Shown: positions 43,837 through 57,323, counted from the stretch's first letter. The stretch is DNA of 64,000 nucleotides from Eledone cirrhosa (GCA_964016885.1 OZ024742.1:176514001-176578000); one strand, 5' to 3'. Numbers and translations: made by a program. The notes: generated by a model not told the origin, from the sequence alone.

Positions 43837-44279
43837 GAGAATAGAAATCTGCACTTTAAGTTACCTTAAATAGCAACTACACAGCCATTTCTATTCTCCA
43901 TATACTGTATTTCATCATATTTTTCCCTGTGACCATTCTTCTCTCCCCTTCTACCTACCTATTTCGCCACTTTCTACGTTCACCCCTCTTTCTCCCTCTC
44001 ACTTTCACCCCCTCGTCTGGCCGTTTAGCTGTTCTCTTCAGCACTTACAAATGCGGCGATCGGACGTGTGTCTTTTCCCTCGATTACTCGGTCTCGAACT
44101 TAAGTTCTTTTATCCAGTTGTCTTGGATTTCCTACCTATAGTTGCTCGCAGATTACTCGGTTTGTATTTTTTTATTCGGTGTTTTGCTATTGTTTCTCTT
44201 TTCTTTACCTTTGCTTTCCTTGCCTCCTTCCTCCGTTTTCCCAATAACTTATCCATTTATTGACGCCTTGGTGTGAAGT

Positions 44280-44335
44280 GGTATCTTGTCTTTAAAGCGT
44301 AGAAATATCCTAGACCCCCAGTAGACAACTGATGA
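44280..44335 (+). ncRNA. Reordered hammerhead-like motif, copy 2
   Basis: ggta-TC-ttgtct-(10)-GAAA-tatc-(13)-agacaa-CTGATGA, at the 3' end of the 43900-44385 element. Confidence 0.5.
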
Positions 44336-44381
44336 GGAAAACTCCCCTCCCTCGTTCTTGCTTTCTTCGTATTCCCACTGC

Positions 44382-44475
<94 letters not shown>

Positions 44476-44759
44476 TGTCCGCACGTGTGGAAACACCTAT
44501 TATATAATTACAAAGCTCCAGATTGACTAACATCACCAATCTATAATATTCTGAATAACTTGAATAATTTATTCAGGACATCCACAGTTATCTCCATACA
44601 TCGATCTATTTTGGGTTTACCTCCCCCAGGGGAAGTGACTCTTGTTTCTGCATATACGTATTCATACGGTTGTTTTTCCTTTTCGTACAAATTCATTTAC
44701 ACTGAGCTAAGGATCAGAATATGGTGAAACATTTGTTCTCCGTATGGTGAAGTAACTGT

Positions 44760-45140
44760 TGTGGAACTACATCTACACACAGCAAACATTATACACACAG
44801 CAAACATTATACACATACGCAAACGCATACGCAGAGACAGAGATAGGAATAAATAAATAAAATAAAATGGCGTAGATATTACAATACAATAGGAGGGAAC
44901 ATAATGATGGTACCACTGATGATGTTGCAGATGTGCAACGAAAGAACATTGATAGACTATATATATATATTTATATCTGTATTTTTAACCGTTGGTCAAT
45001 CAATGATAAACGTTGATTGCCAAATAAATTAACTGTGGAGATATAAAAGATAGCGAAAACCAACCAAACAGTGAGTGTGTTATGTTATTATTTCTGCCAA
45101 TATTATTACAACAATATGATCCTCCCCAAGTATAACAATA
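44760..45140 (+). mobile_element. Solo PLE pLTR 3' end with hammerhead (cleavage site mutated)
   Basis: Homologous to 24000-24410; CTGATGA-tgttgcagatgtgcaac-GAAA at 44916-44943. Confidence 0.72.
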
Positions 45141-45175
45141 TATATATATATATATATGTGTGTGTCTGTGTGTGT

Positions 45176-45208
<33 letters not shown>

Positions 45209-46384
45209 GAAAACGTAAGAGAAATACAAACGTAAACATAAGGACAGTTCCCGCTTGTCGGCTGTCTTCTGTGGATCACTGATTTTTAGATGCATTAAAG
45301 ACAATACATCTCACCACAGTGCACTCGTAACTAAGAAAAGTAGTTATCCGGGGGAAAAAAAGGCCAACATTCACAGAGAATAACGAAGATAACGACAACA
45401 TAAAAAAAATAAAAAAGTAAGACATACAGATAGAGAAGGGGAATCACAAGACTGTAGAACATGTAAGCAGCAGTAACCAGGAGGAGAGAGGGAGATGTTA
45501 ATACAGAGACCGAACGTAAGTCCTGAACCCGAGGAGAGCGCAGTAAAAAGAAAAACGTCTGATCATAGCGAGAACAGGCGCAATGAGAAAGAGACGAAGG
45601 AAAACGGAAGTGAGAGGGGGAGGTGGTAAGGGAGCAGAGAGAGAGAGAGAGGGGCAGAAAGGAGATAGATGGTAAGAGAGAATGAGAATAAATGAGTGGG
45701 AGTGAGAAACGGAGGGAAAGAACGAGAAGGAGAGAGAAAGGTAGAAGGAAACACAACGCAAAGAAATAAACCGAATCAATTTAACAAATGACTGATTCTA
45801 CCAAAATGGAAATCACAAAGAGAGTGTATGTAAACGCACACATTTATATAAGTGAAATATTAGGCAAGTCTTACACATTTCTGGATTGAAAAAGATGAAC
45901 AATTTGAACCGCATTTAATTTCACGTTGGAACTTTCTTCAGCAATATTCATAGAGAAATAAGATATAAATATATATATATAATTATTAAGGTCACTTACT
46001 ACAACAGTACTATACGTAGGTACTTTTCGTTGAGACCAACTTGTTCAACCTGCGCCGGTGTGTGTATTTATGTTTCTATCTGTATATATGTGCGAGCGTG
46101 TGTGTGTCTGCTGGTGAACTGTATTCATGTTTTTAGTATATGGGCATATACGTCTGTGCGTTTATATGCTTGTGGGTTCATTTCTTTATAATGATGCTCG
46201 GTTTAATTATTGGAGTGTCTTTTACACGATCGCAAAATTGTCAGTTCGATTCCTGATAGAATATTTTGGGAATAGGCCACGTGCCGCCAAAATAGACATT
46301 CATGCTTTTTAAGCTTATTTTACCGGTAAACTCTAAAGGGACGCAACTCTAACCGGGACCCCGGAAGTTTATTTTACCACTAAA

Positions 46385-46487
46385 TAATTGATTCTACTTT
46401 AGGCACAAGGCCAGCAATTACCCAGTGCATTACTGGTACTTTATTTTATCGACCTCGTAAGGATGAAAGTAAAGTCAACCTCGACGC
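46385..46487 (-). mobile_element. SINE fragment
   Basis: Reverse complement of the family core and tail. Confidence 0.8.
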
Positions 46488-47414
46488 TAAATAATAAACA
46501 GTGTTTAGAACTATCTTCCAAAATAATATTTGACTCTCTGCTAAAATTCTTAGTTTCCAAAATATTTGACTCTGCTAAAATTCTTAAGCCATGGAACTCA
46601 GTAGAAGTGTGTGTATGTAACTAAAGAATAACGTACGTTACGAATGTACAAAACACAAGCAGAATTATAATAAGATGACTAAATGATATTAACTTGGTTT
46701 TTAACCATTGATGGCCTCTTTCAATATTTTGTCTTTAACTATTTCTCTTCGCCCGAATCCACTCAGTTTTCAATGTTTAGTTTTCTATATAGATAATAAA
46801 CACAACCACAATGATATGGTCCGAAGGGGGAAAGGTCGAACTCCCACTGTCATCGCCTCCATCTCTCTCGCGCTCTCTATCTCTCTCTCTATGTTGAGCA
46901 AATGGGGTTCCACCTGCTGGCCTACCCACAGCCCCAGCGGATAGAATGGATAAGCCGTTTCCCTGCAGGATTGTAAGGGAGATGCACTGGAAGAGCCATT
47001 CCATCCCGTGTGGCTCCACCTGCAACTGGCCAGTTCAGCCTACGGTGGAGAATAGGGAGGTACCCCTAGTGCCAAGGATACCAGAAGTCTCCACTGCCAA
47101 GGGCATGACCGCAAACCTGTTGGTGAGTGACCGATACTTGGAGAGTTAAATTATAACTGTAATTCAAATGTCACACACATTTAATGTGTACGCGTCTGTG
47201 GAATGCTCTGCTGCTTGCTCTTTGATTTTATGAACATGTTGTTCAAACAATTAGAACACTTGTCAAATGTCTGTATGTGTGTGTTATGTAGGCATATGTG
47301 CGCGTTTATAAGCATATATGCAAGTTTGTTTGAATGTATGCATTTCTATGTTTCCATCTAAACTTATAAATTCGCACACACATGTATCTTCATCTGCATG
47401 ATGTATTAATGCAA

Positions 47415-47455
<41 letters not shown>

Positions 47456-47637
47456 TACACATATCTATATATATACATATGTGTGTGTATATATATTATA
47501 TATATATATATTTACATTAATACACCATGCAGATGAAGATACATCTGATTGCGAATTTATAAGTTTAGATGGAAACAGAAATGCATACATTCAAACAAAC
47601 TTGTATATATACATATATAATTGTTTCTACGTGTATA

Positions 47638-47818
47638 TAATTGTTTCTACTTTTTGGCACAAGGCCAGCAATCACCCAGTGCAATACTGGGACTTTATTT
47701 TAGGATGAAGGGCAAAGTTAACCTCGGCGGGATTTGAACTCAGATCATAAAGGGACGTAACTCTGTGATTCAATGCACCGTGTCCGACTCTCTACCGATA
47801 CTGCCAATCCACTGCCCT
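47638..47818 (-). mobile_element. tRNA-derived SINE
   Basis: Reverse complement of the full family; ctacgtgta(t/c)ataat on both sides is a probable target-site duplication. Confidence 0.85.
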
Positions 47819-48242
47819 ACGTGTACATAATGAATATCGTATATATATAAAAAATATAAACGATATACGTGTATATGGACTGCTAGTGTATGAGTGGTGT
47901 CATGTTTTTGTGTATTGAGGTATGTATAGTTTTATGATATGGTGTGTGTGTGTGTGTAGTTTATAATGGCGACGAAGGAGTGGTAGAAATTATTGAACGG
48001 AAGGAAGAACTGTAGACTGAGTGGTAAAGTTTCACGCTACGATGATTTGAAGCAATTTCCCATGAAATTAAAATGATAAAATTTAATATCACTACGTTCT
48101 TTCTTTTTAATATCACTACGTTCTTTCACTCGTTCATTTACATACACACATACACACATACACACACCCACACAACCGAATAGTCATGTACAACTCGAAC
48201 GCATGCACACTCATTCATCCCTACACACACATATATGTATAT

Positions 48243-48293
<51 letters not shown>

Positions 48294-48358
48294 TGGCAAT
48301 TATCATATACATACATACAAATATATATATATAAGTGGCAATTATCATATACATACAT

Positions 48359-48395
<37 letters not shown>

Positions 48396-48687
48396 TCTCC
48401 CGAATGAAACAGTTCTAGTCCTGTAGAAGCCTTTTCTATATTATATACACACACACACACACACACGCACTCACACACACCCATATATATATATATATAT
48501 GCGTTTGTGTGTTTGCAATTATAGATTTTTTTTCTGTGAAACAGATCATTACACAGAACATTTAAATATCACCGACTTTTGTATATTTATGTTGCAATAC
48601 ACTAAGTGCGGTACATTATATGTGTTTGTATTCGGCGAAACCTCGGTCTGAATACTTGTACGTGTGCAAACACCCACCTACACGCGT

Positions 48688-48816
<129 letters not shown>

Positions 48817-49009
48817 CGTATATACATATATACAAATATATATATATATATATATTGGTAAACGGAAAAGAAAATGCTGACAATTTGTTCCCAGTGAAAA
48901 ATAGTTTAATTACGAATAAGTGAAAATTAGTAATAGTATTGGTTAGTATTCAATTTTGGTTTTAAGTTTTACCGGTTGCGCATATATATATATGAATAAA
49001 TTTAGTCCT

Positions 49010-49066
49010 TCCTCAGTGATCTTCCACCTTTCATTGGTATTTCTTCGCTTTAAAGACCATATACCT
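49010..49066 (-). ncRNA. Reordered hammerhead-like motif, copy 3
   Basis: Reverse complement: ggta-TA-tggtct-(10)-GAAA-tacc-(13)-agatca-CTGAGGA. Confidence 0.5.
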
Positions 49067-49631
49067 CTGGTTGGTTCGAGCAACGACTAAAGAAGTCGTT
49101 GGGACACGTAAAAGAGGGGAACGAGCGAGACTGTAAACAATCAAAGATGGTAATGCAACGAAAAGTGAGGAAGAAGGAGTCAAGTCCCAGAAATCGATGA
49201 ATATAAGTTATGGGAAATAGTGGACGAGAGAGAATAAAGACCATCCAACCTGGTCGAAATGTGAGCAAGGAAAGAATTTCGCACAGGTTAAACGGGAGGA
49301 AGAAGGAGTCAAGTCCCTGAAATCGGTGAACATAAGTTCTGTGAAATCGTAGACGAGAGAGAATAAAAAACAACCGGCCTGATCAAAGTGTGCCTGAGGA
49401 AAGAATTTCGCACAGATCAAACGGGAGGAAGTAGGAGAGGGAGTAGCAGAGAGTGAATGAATGAAAGGTGAGGAAGAGGCTAACAGAGAGAGTGACTGTT
49501 AGAGGGGGTAAAGGGGAGTGAGAGATACAGAGAAAAGAGGAAGCAGTAAGAAAGAAACAGACGGGTCACAGCGGAGGAAAAAAATATATATGTGAATATG
49601 AAATGGCGTATATAAATATATATATATATAT

Positions 49632-49764
49632 TTTTAATATAGATGAGATTCTACAGGACTAGAACTGTTTCATTCTTTAGCAATCATCAGGAATGCTAAT
49701 GATTCCTGATGATTTCTAAAGAATGAAACAGTTCTAGTCCTGTAGAATCTCATCTATATTAAAA
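49632..49764. mobile_element. Near-perfect 133-bp palindrome of two opposed hammerheads
   Basis: gattc-CTGATGA-tttctaaagaat-GAAA-cag-ttctagtc-ctg-TA-gaatc at 49701-49749 (+), mirrored at 49647-49694 (-). Confidence 0.8.
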
Positions 49765-50332
49765 CTGTTATACTCTGCAATGTATTGAGTACCTTACTTA
49801 CTGTGGTTACCTCCGACTCAATCCGGAATAACGTATATATATATATATATATGTATATGACAATTGCCACTTCTATACAGAAGAGGGCCATCTCTTCAAC
49901 GTTGTGCTGAACGTCTATGAGCCCAGAGTTGACTCCGCAAACCTGCATCGCTCCTGCATACTGTTTTACAGATGTGGCTCACGAGGACAGTCCCGAAGGT
50001 AGCTTTCTCCTTATGCACAATAGCAGACCTAGTGGCTTTGTTGCAAAACTGAAACAAATACACCGTGGACCTGTCCAGGACAACAACATAATTTGTCCCA
50101 TACTGCTGATTATTGTGAACTTTAGAATGACTAGCTAGAGAAATAACTTGGTCGTTCTGACTGCTGCTAGTTATAGCGGTAGCCGACTGACCTCCTTGCC
50201 TCTGCCTCTATCTTTGCACTCGGCCCTTGAAAAAATTGATTCCACTTCATTTACTCTCATCTCGGGAACAGTTTTGGATAGCACTAGTTCGTAATTTAAA
50301 TTCAAGAATTTTATATTCTTTGAATGAAAAGA

Positions 50333-50416
50333 ACCTTCTGACGAGAATCTTTCTTTGCAACGAAGGCCGTATGGACTCCGTTTATTTTTGAGATTCGAAA
50401 CCGATTCGGTAAAGGT
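50333..50416 (+). ncRNA. Canonical type I hammerhead
   Basis: acctt-CTGACGA-gaatctt...gagattc-GAAA-ccg-att-cgg-TA-aaggt. Confidence 0.88.
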
Positions 50417-50486
50417 AACTATAGTAAGTAAAGTTAATTTTTTAAAATTTATTTTGAAACTTTTTCCTTATTTGCTAAACCTTCAT

Positions 50487-50540
<54 letters not shown>

Positions 50541-50600
50541 TGTTGATTGGCAACATGACCCTCCCAAAGTATAACAATATATATATATATATATATATAT

Positions 50601-51203
50601 GGTGGCTGCCAACTCGTTTTCGAGTACGGCCACTACTTTATATCCATGTAGGAGAACCTCTACCGATGCGCTGAACGAGTGTGACTTTTTAGTCCAGCCA
50701 GCGACTTGAAAACTCTGGTACAAACACTACACCTGTGACAATTATTGACACATAGTGTTGGGCCTTTGGTACCATGTGACGACAAGTGTAGAGAGATCTC
50801 CAGATATAAAGCAATGCCTGTGCCGTGAAGCTTTTATAGTGAGCAAAGGCACTGCACAAAGCCAGTCCCACTCTCTTAACCAAGATGATATTTACCAAAA
50901 AGAAGAATAAGTCAACATCATTGGATACCATCAGGGTTGCAGGTGTTATATCAGAGTTTTCCTTCTCTTAGAATTCTGCCTTGACAAAGGCTAAGGGGTC
51001 ATCTCTCCCGGTGATTTTGGATGGCCATTGACTCTTAAGATTTCCTTTGCCAGGTTTTGTTTTTAGTCCTGCAGGATGTCCAAAGTCACCCTCCTCACCA
51101 AGAAACCTTGGTGGGGTTGCCAGTTTAGTCGCCAACGACCCGACCATGGGACAGGTTGTACTGGGATACATGTTACCAGTAGCACCAACTGGTGACCTGA
51201 CAT
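50601..51203 (-). mobile_element. Non-autonomous RTE-like element (5'UTR-like part joined to a 3' zinc-finger tail)
   Basis: The reverse strand has a gtcg..ggcgactaaa 5' motif and a terminal CSVCTRVFKSLAGLKSHTRSAH C2H2-like peptide. Confidence 0.55.
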
Positions 51204-51271
<68 letters not shown>

Positions 51272-51273
<2 letters not shown>

Positions 51274-51441
51274 TAGTTCCACAATAGGTAATTCACCATT
51301 TCTGAGAACAATTTGTTTCACCTAAGACGTATCATCAGTTCGATTTTAATTAGATTATACGAATTAAACTGAGCTGATGATCCACCTTACGTGAAACAAA
51401 TTATTCTCGGTATTGGTGAATTAAATCTTGTGGAACTACTT
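51272..51441. mobile_element. Fold-back element with opposed hammerheads
   Basis: ctgag-CTGATGA-tccaccttacgt-GAAA-caaatta-TT-ctcgg at 51369-51410 (+), mirrored at about 51302-51342 (-). Confidence 0.7.
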
Positions 51442-51804
51442 CTATCAAACTCGTTCCATGGACTGAGTGATCTACCACTACGGATATAACCTACCATTGT
51501 TCTACTAAATATATATAGATGGTATGTTTATACACATTTTTCTTCTAACTTTGAATTTGTACCCAATTGTGTATGGTTGGCGATATATCTAATCGATTAC
51601 CACGGGCTATTAGAAATACTGGGTAAATATTCTGTGGCTGTTGATCGCGGATAGATAGGTATCGTTTATTTATCTATTGTTTCTTCCTAGGTGTCTTTTA
51701 ATCTTAGAGCCTTGTTTAAATGATTTTTTGTGTGGTTGATTATGCTGATAGGGAGAGGAAATACTTTATATATTTTATCAAATAATTCTATGGACGTACT
51801 TTCT

Positions 51805-51865
<61 letters not shown>

Positions 51866-53249
51866 AATAATACTATTTGTAATTATGTATGAACAACCAC
51901 AAACAGGTAGGGAAATAGCTCAGTGTATGAACATCAGTTGTTTTACAGAGCAGTTAACTCAATAAATTATACTATTATCAAAGATGTGTTCTAATCATTT
52001 AATATGTGACAATCGTTTCTTCCAAACTCTCCTTTGGAATCATCGGAGCATTATCAATGTTTGCACATATAATTCACCTCCTATTCAACTGAACTATAAT
52101 ATAGATACATATAAATTGATGTTGTGAGCAACAGTTTCGTATTTACAGGGTGGGATGTATGCGACATATATTTTACGAGAATTGTACCATAATTGTACAA
52201 GCATTCAAGTTCAAATTAAAACAAAATTAAATCAAAATCAAAATCAAAATCAAAAGCACGGGGTAGAATACATGCAACAGTTAAAACAAGGGAACAGTCC
52301 AAATATCAAAGAGGCATTGAGGAAGCAGTTTTGAGAAAGGAAGAGTGCGATAACAATTCATATGCAGGCGTGTGGATGCTGTGACTGCGTAGGTCATATA
52401 CATGAGAAGGAGACAAGCAAAGCTATTATGCATATATAGAAGAATAAATACTGCAGTTAGAGCAATTGTGTTAATGTATTAGAGTCTATGGTTGGTGTTG
52501 GATGTTTATGGTGTTCGAATTCATGTGTTGAGAATCATACAGTTTTTGCAGACCTTTCCATGACATTTGTTGAAATATATTTTAGTTGGTGTTTATTATG
52601 CGTGTTTTAAGTTAGTTAAAGGGAGGTAACTAGCTAATTAATTTCAGTTCAGTTATTAAAATTATTTGTTCTAATACACAATATAATGTTATACCATTGG
52701 ATCTCTGTTACATAACCATGTGTATTTATGCCTTATTTTACAATATAGTGTATTCTACTATCATACATTACAGACTTCTTAAGATTGTTATCTATTTGTT
52801 CCTGGACAAGGTATATGTCATGAAGGCTCATACAGCTGTTAATATGTCATAATAGATCTGCGACATGTGCAATAATATCATCCCTAACGTAGAATGCTAT
52901 CACATTTTATATTTAATTATAAATGCATATATTATGTTGTGCAATTTACTCATTTACTTATATAACCATAAATGCACACACAGTTCATCATCATACATTT
53001 CATTAAATGTCTCTACATACCAGGTGCCAAATATCCATTACTGTATATGATATAATTAATATATTGTAGTTATATAACAAGGTGGTAACTCTGTCTAATT
53101 CTAACTGTTATTGCAGTGCATAAGGTTATAGATGAATAGTAGTTGTGTAGCGGGAAGAATTGGTCAAGGGTTTTGTGGTTGTGGGTGCTGCTAAGTCCTA
53201 GATGTGTAGTGTTATTGGTGGTGGGGGATTCAAATCTTACATTGTTGTA

Positions 53250-55680
53250 TACTTACAGCTAGATTTAAAGTTATGGAACGAGTGTCGGTACCGGTGTTGG
53301 CACGAGGAAAATGTCTCTCACTTTCTATTAAGGAGGTCTACATTCGAAAAGATTATAGTATGGGTCCCCAGAAAGCAGAGATTACATAATTTATTCGGTG
53401 GTTTATACGATGAGGTTCTACCTATTACTTTCTATTGCAGTGTAAATGGTCTATTCCTAGTTTTCAGAGAGTGTATATAGGTAGATAAAGAAGTGGAGCT
53501 GGCTAGATTGTGTTTTTTGAAAGAGTAGAGGTGCGAGTTGTATCTCGTCTTGAAGTTGTTCGAAGTAGAACCTATATATGTTTTAGAACAGTTGTTTGCG
53601 TTGACGGTGCATGAGTAGATTATGTATTTGGTTAAGCAATTATTACCTAAGTGGCAAGTTCTATTAGTTCTACAGTTACATTTATTCTGGGTGTTAGCTT
53701 GCCGGTTTCTATGTTGTGAAGAATTCTGGTTGCTAGGGGTAGTATTAGGGTAATGATGCCTATCATTCGTATCGTTATTGATTTCATTAGTGCTATTATC
53801 ATTATCACCTTTATTACTACCATTGTTTACAGGTGCTAAGTTTACCCCCTGTTGTGTTTTAATTAGTTGGAAATAGCTATTAATCTTCCTTTTATTACTA
53901 CTAGCTATATGGTATGCTATGTTAGGTGTGGTGGAGTACGATATTTTAATTGTATTTTTATTGATAAGGCTATGATACTTGTGGCCGGTTGGGAAGTTTT
54001 TTTCTAAGATTGAGAAGAAAGCCTTAGGCAAGTTGGTAGAGACGTTTAGATTGAGAGGGGGTTTGAATAATGTATTAGTTCTCTTTCTATCTTTGTTTAT
54101 ATTATTGTTTCTTTATGTATTTATATTCATGTTTGTATTATTATTGTGGTGTTTACTTTGATGCGAGTTAAATGTGGTATCGGTCTTCTTCTTAGAGTTA
54201 TAGGGGCTATTGATTTTACTATCTTTCCTCATGGCCATATTATGAGAAATAATGTTGTAACTATGTGATTTTATAGGTAGGAATTCAATCTCATTCTTAT
54301 GTCCTGATTTAGCTAAGGCCTCATTATAGAATTGTGAATTATTGTTGAATATAGTTTCATTATATTATAGATTAGAGATTCTATCATATATTCCTTTGGT
54401 AATGGAGTTTAATATGGATTTAGGGTGCTTAGATTTGGTGTTCACATAAATTAGTTTTTCGTTAGGTTTATGATAGGGTGTGTATACTGTAGAGTCTAGG
54501 CTCAGGGTAGCGTCAAGGAAGTTGACGTTTTTAGTGTTTTTATCTAAGTTGATACTTAAGTTGTAGTTTTTGAAAATGTTGTGTAACTGTTTCCTAGTTT
54601 TCTCTATATTTAATTTGTTATAGTCTATAAGAAGAAGCGCATCATCGCGGTATAAACCACCGTTGAGGTAGGGTAGGTTCTTGTGGATTTCATTAAGTAG
54701 GTATAATCCCACCAAATCGGTGACCTGCGCCGAGTCACTAGGTCCGATGGTTATGTCAAAGTTGTTATGCTTATCCTTCCGGGTCGATAATTGATCTTCA
54801 AAAGAAATTATGGTTTTTGGGCCGCAAGTATGACATCAATTTGGGATCTAGTCATGTCACTATTGCTCATGGCCATAATTAGAGCCTTATTTAATATGAT
54901 AGGGGAATAGAGGTGTAGTATGAATTGATATCAAATTGTATACATTTTTTTATTTTTAAACTCTTTAATACACTTGAACCATTCAATAACCTCACCCGTA
55001 TTTCCCCATTCGTTAAGGTCAATTTTGTGCTTAAATTGTGGGATGATTTTATCTATTTTCTTGCTGATAATACCAATGTCAGACTTGGAAGGGCAAATAA
55101 GTCTAATTGAAGGGTTACTAATGAAGTCTTCCTTATGGTCTTTCAGTGAGAATCATGGGGAATTAGGGGTGTATGGGTGTGTATGTCTCTGAAGTCCTAA
55201 TTTACTCACTATATTACGGCCTTCAATATTTATATCTTCCAGGTTTTTACTAGTAGTTTTCTTGTAGCTCTTATGCAGTTCCTTATATATACATTTTTTA
55301 TAAGTATCGTAATCTAAGCTATATATTTTATTAGTTTTATCTGCATGCACTAGGACTTTTCTATTTTTATTAAATCCTTTAATAGTGGATTTAAGGTAGT
55401 TTTTGTGTATGTTATGTTCTTAACTAGTTTAATTAGATCATCTTTAAATGAGTTTAATAATGTGTTGTGGGGAGGGCTTTTAATTGTTTTAAAGCCGTAA
55501 TTGTCGAAGTTGTTCGTATCCCCGTATTTGTCTGGGCGCTTTCTATTGTAATGGAATTTGCTCCATCTCACTCTATTGATAAAAGAGTTGACATTATTGA
55601 TCAATAATTGTTCGTTTATATCCTTGGGTGGTTTGGTATGTTCTTAGTAGACATAGCAAGGTGATCTTTGATAAGCATAC
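53250..55680 (-). pseudogene. PLE RT (YRDD type) plus GIY-YIG ORF, disrupted
   Basis: HADKTNKIY, VGLYLL..GGLYRDDALL, VNFLDATL, KCNCR...C.L...CL...IIYSC...YIGSTSNNFKTRYNSH. Confidence 0.9.
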
Positions 55681-55904
55681 TGGTAATTTAATGTATGTTA
55701 TCTCAACTGTATGGAGCAGTAAATAATAATAATACTATTTCTAGTTTTGTATATAGTATAAACAACCACAAACAGGAAGGTCAGTAATTTCTTAATAAAC
55801 TTATTACCAGTAAAGGAAATAGCTCAATGTATGAACATCAGTCGTTTTACAGAGCAGTTAAATCAATAAATTATACAATTATCAAAGTTGTGTAAAAATC
55901 ATTT

Positions 55905-55956
55905 AATAGCCGACAATCGTTTCTTCCAAACTCTCCTTTGGAATCATCGGAGCATT
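55905..55956 (-). ncRNA. Hammerhead with U4C core (also 52001-52052 on - and 57131-57182 on +)
   Basis: Reverse complement: aatgct-CCGATGA-ttccaaa-ggagag-tttggaa-GAAA-cgattg-TC-ggctatt. Confidence 0.72.
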
Positions 55957-56849
55957 ATAAATGTTTGCACATATAATTCACCTCCTATTCAACTGAACAA
56001 TAATATAGATACATATAAATTGATGTTGTGAGCAACAGTTTCGTATTTACAGGGTGGGATGGATGCGACATATATTTTACGAGAATTGTACCATAATTGT
56101 ACAAGCATACAAGTTCAAATTAAAATCAAAATTAAATCAAAATCAAAAGCAAAATCTGAAACACGGGGTGGAATACATGCAACAGTTAAAACAAGGGAAA
56201 AGTCCAAATATTATAGAGGCATTGAGGAAGCAGTTTTGAGAAAGGAAGAGTGCGATAACAATCCATATGCAGGCGTGTGGATGTTGTGACTGCGTAGGTC
56301 ATATACATGAGAAGGAGACAAGCAAAGCTCTTATGCATATATAGAAGAATAAATACTGCAGATAGAACAATTGTGTTAATGTATTAGAGTCTATGGTGGG
56401 TGTTGGATGTTTATGGTGTTTGAATTCATGTGTGTTGAGAAACATACAGTTTTTGCAGATTTTTCCATGACATATGTTTAAATAAACTTTAGTTGGTGTT
56501 TATAATGAGTGTTTTAAGTTAGTTAGAGCAATAGATTGTAAATTAGTCTTAATGAATTCATATTCATAGACAATATTTGATCAACCGTTAAATTTTCAAT
56601 CGTTAATTTCCGGAAGGGGAAGTAACTAGCTAATTAAGTTCAGTTCAGTTATTAAAATTTGTTGGTCTAATACACAATATAATGTTATACCATTGGATCT
56701 ATGTTACTTAACCCCGTATATTTATGCCTTATTTTACAATATAGTGTATTCCACTAAAGGTTTCTTAAGATTGTTATCTATTCGTTCCTGGACAAGGTAT
56801 ATATCATGAAGGATCATACAGCTGTTAATATGTCATAATAGATCTGCTA

Positions 56850-56921
56850 CATGTATTAACTGTTGCATGTATTAAATGTTGCATGTATTAACCGTTGCAT
56901 GTATTAACTGTTGCATGTATT
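56850..56921. repeat. 16-bp minisatellite (catgtattaactgttg) x4.5 at the pLTR inversion junction
   Basis: Seen directly; the unit is a rotation of the reverse complement of pLTR segment atacatgcaacagtta (about 56173-56188). Confidence 0.9.
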
Positions 56922-57239
56922 CCACCCCGTGCCTTTGATTTTGATTTTGACTTAAATTTGATTTTAATTTGAACTTGTATGCTTGTACAATTATGGTACA
57001 ATTCTCGTAAAATATATGTCGCAGTCATCCCACCTTGTAAATACGAAACTGTTGCTCACAACATCAATTTATATGTATTTATATTATTGTTAATTTGAAT
57101 AGGAGGTGAATTATATGTGCAAACATTGGTAATGCTCCGATGATTCCCGACGAGAGTTTGTAAGAAACGATTGTCAGCTATTAAATGATTTGAACACAAC
57201 TTTGATAATTGTATAATTTATTGATTTGTTGATATATGT

Positions 57240-57315
<76 letters not shown>

Positions 57316-57323
<8 letters not shown>

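Larger units (their letters stand above)
51862..57228 (-). mobile_element. Near-complete Penelope-like element: ORF between direct ~1-kb pLTRs plus an inverted pLTR arm
   Basis: 51862-52866 matches 55722-56854, and 56905-57228 is an inverted copy of about 55860-56190. Confidence 0.92.

Noticed and set aside
47525-47590. CAGATGA...GAAA in an inverted repeat
   Set aside because: No valid NUH site or helix I register.
53318-53320. In-frame TGA near the EN C-terminus as possible selenocysteine
   Set aside because: It aligns to a non-Cys position (Thr in the 63-731 paralogue), the ORF also has TAG stops and frameshifts, and no SECIS was identified.
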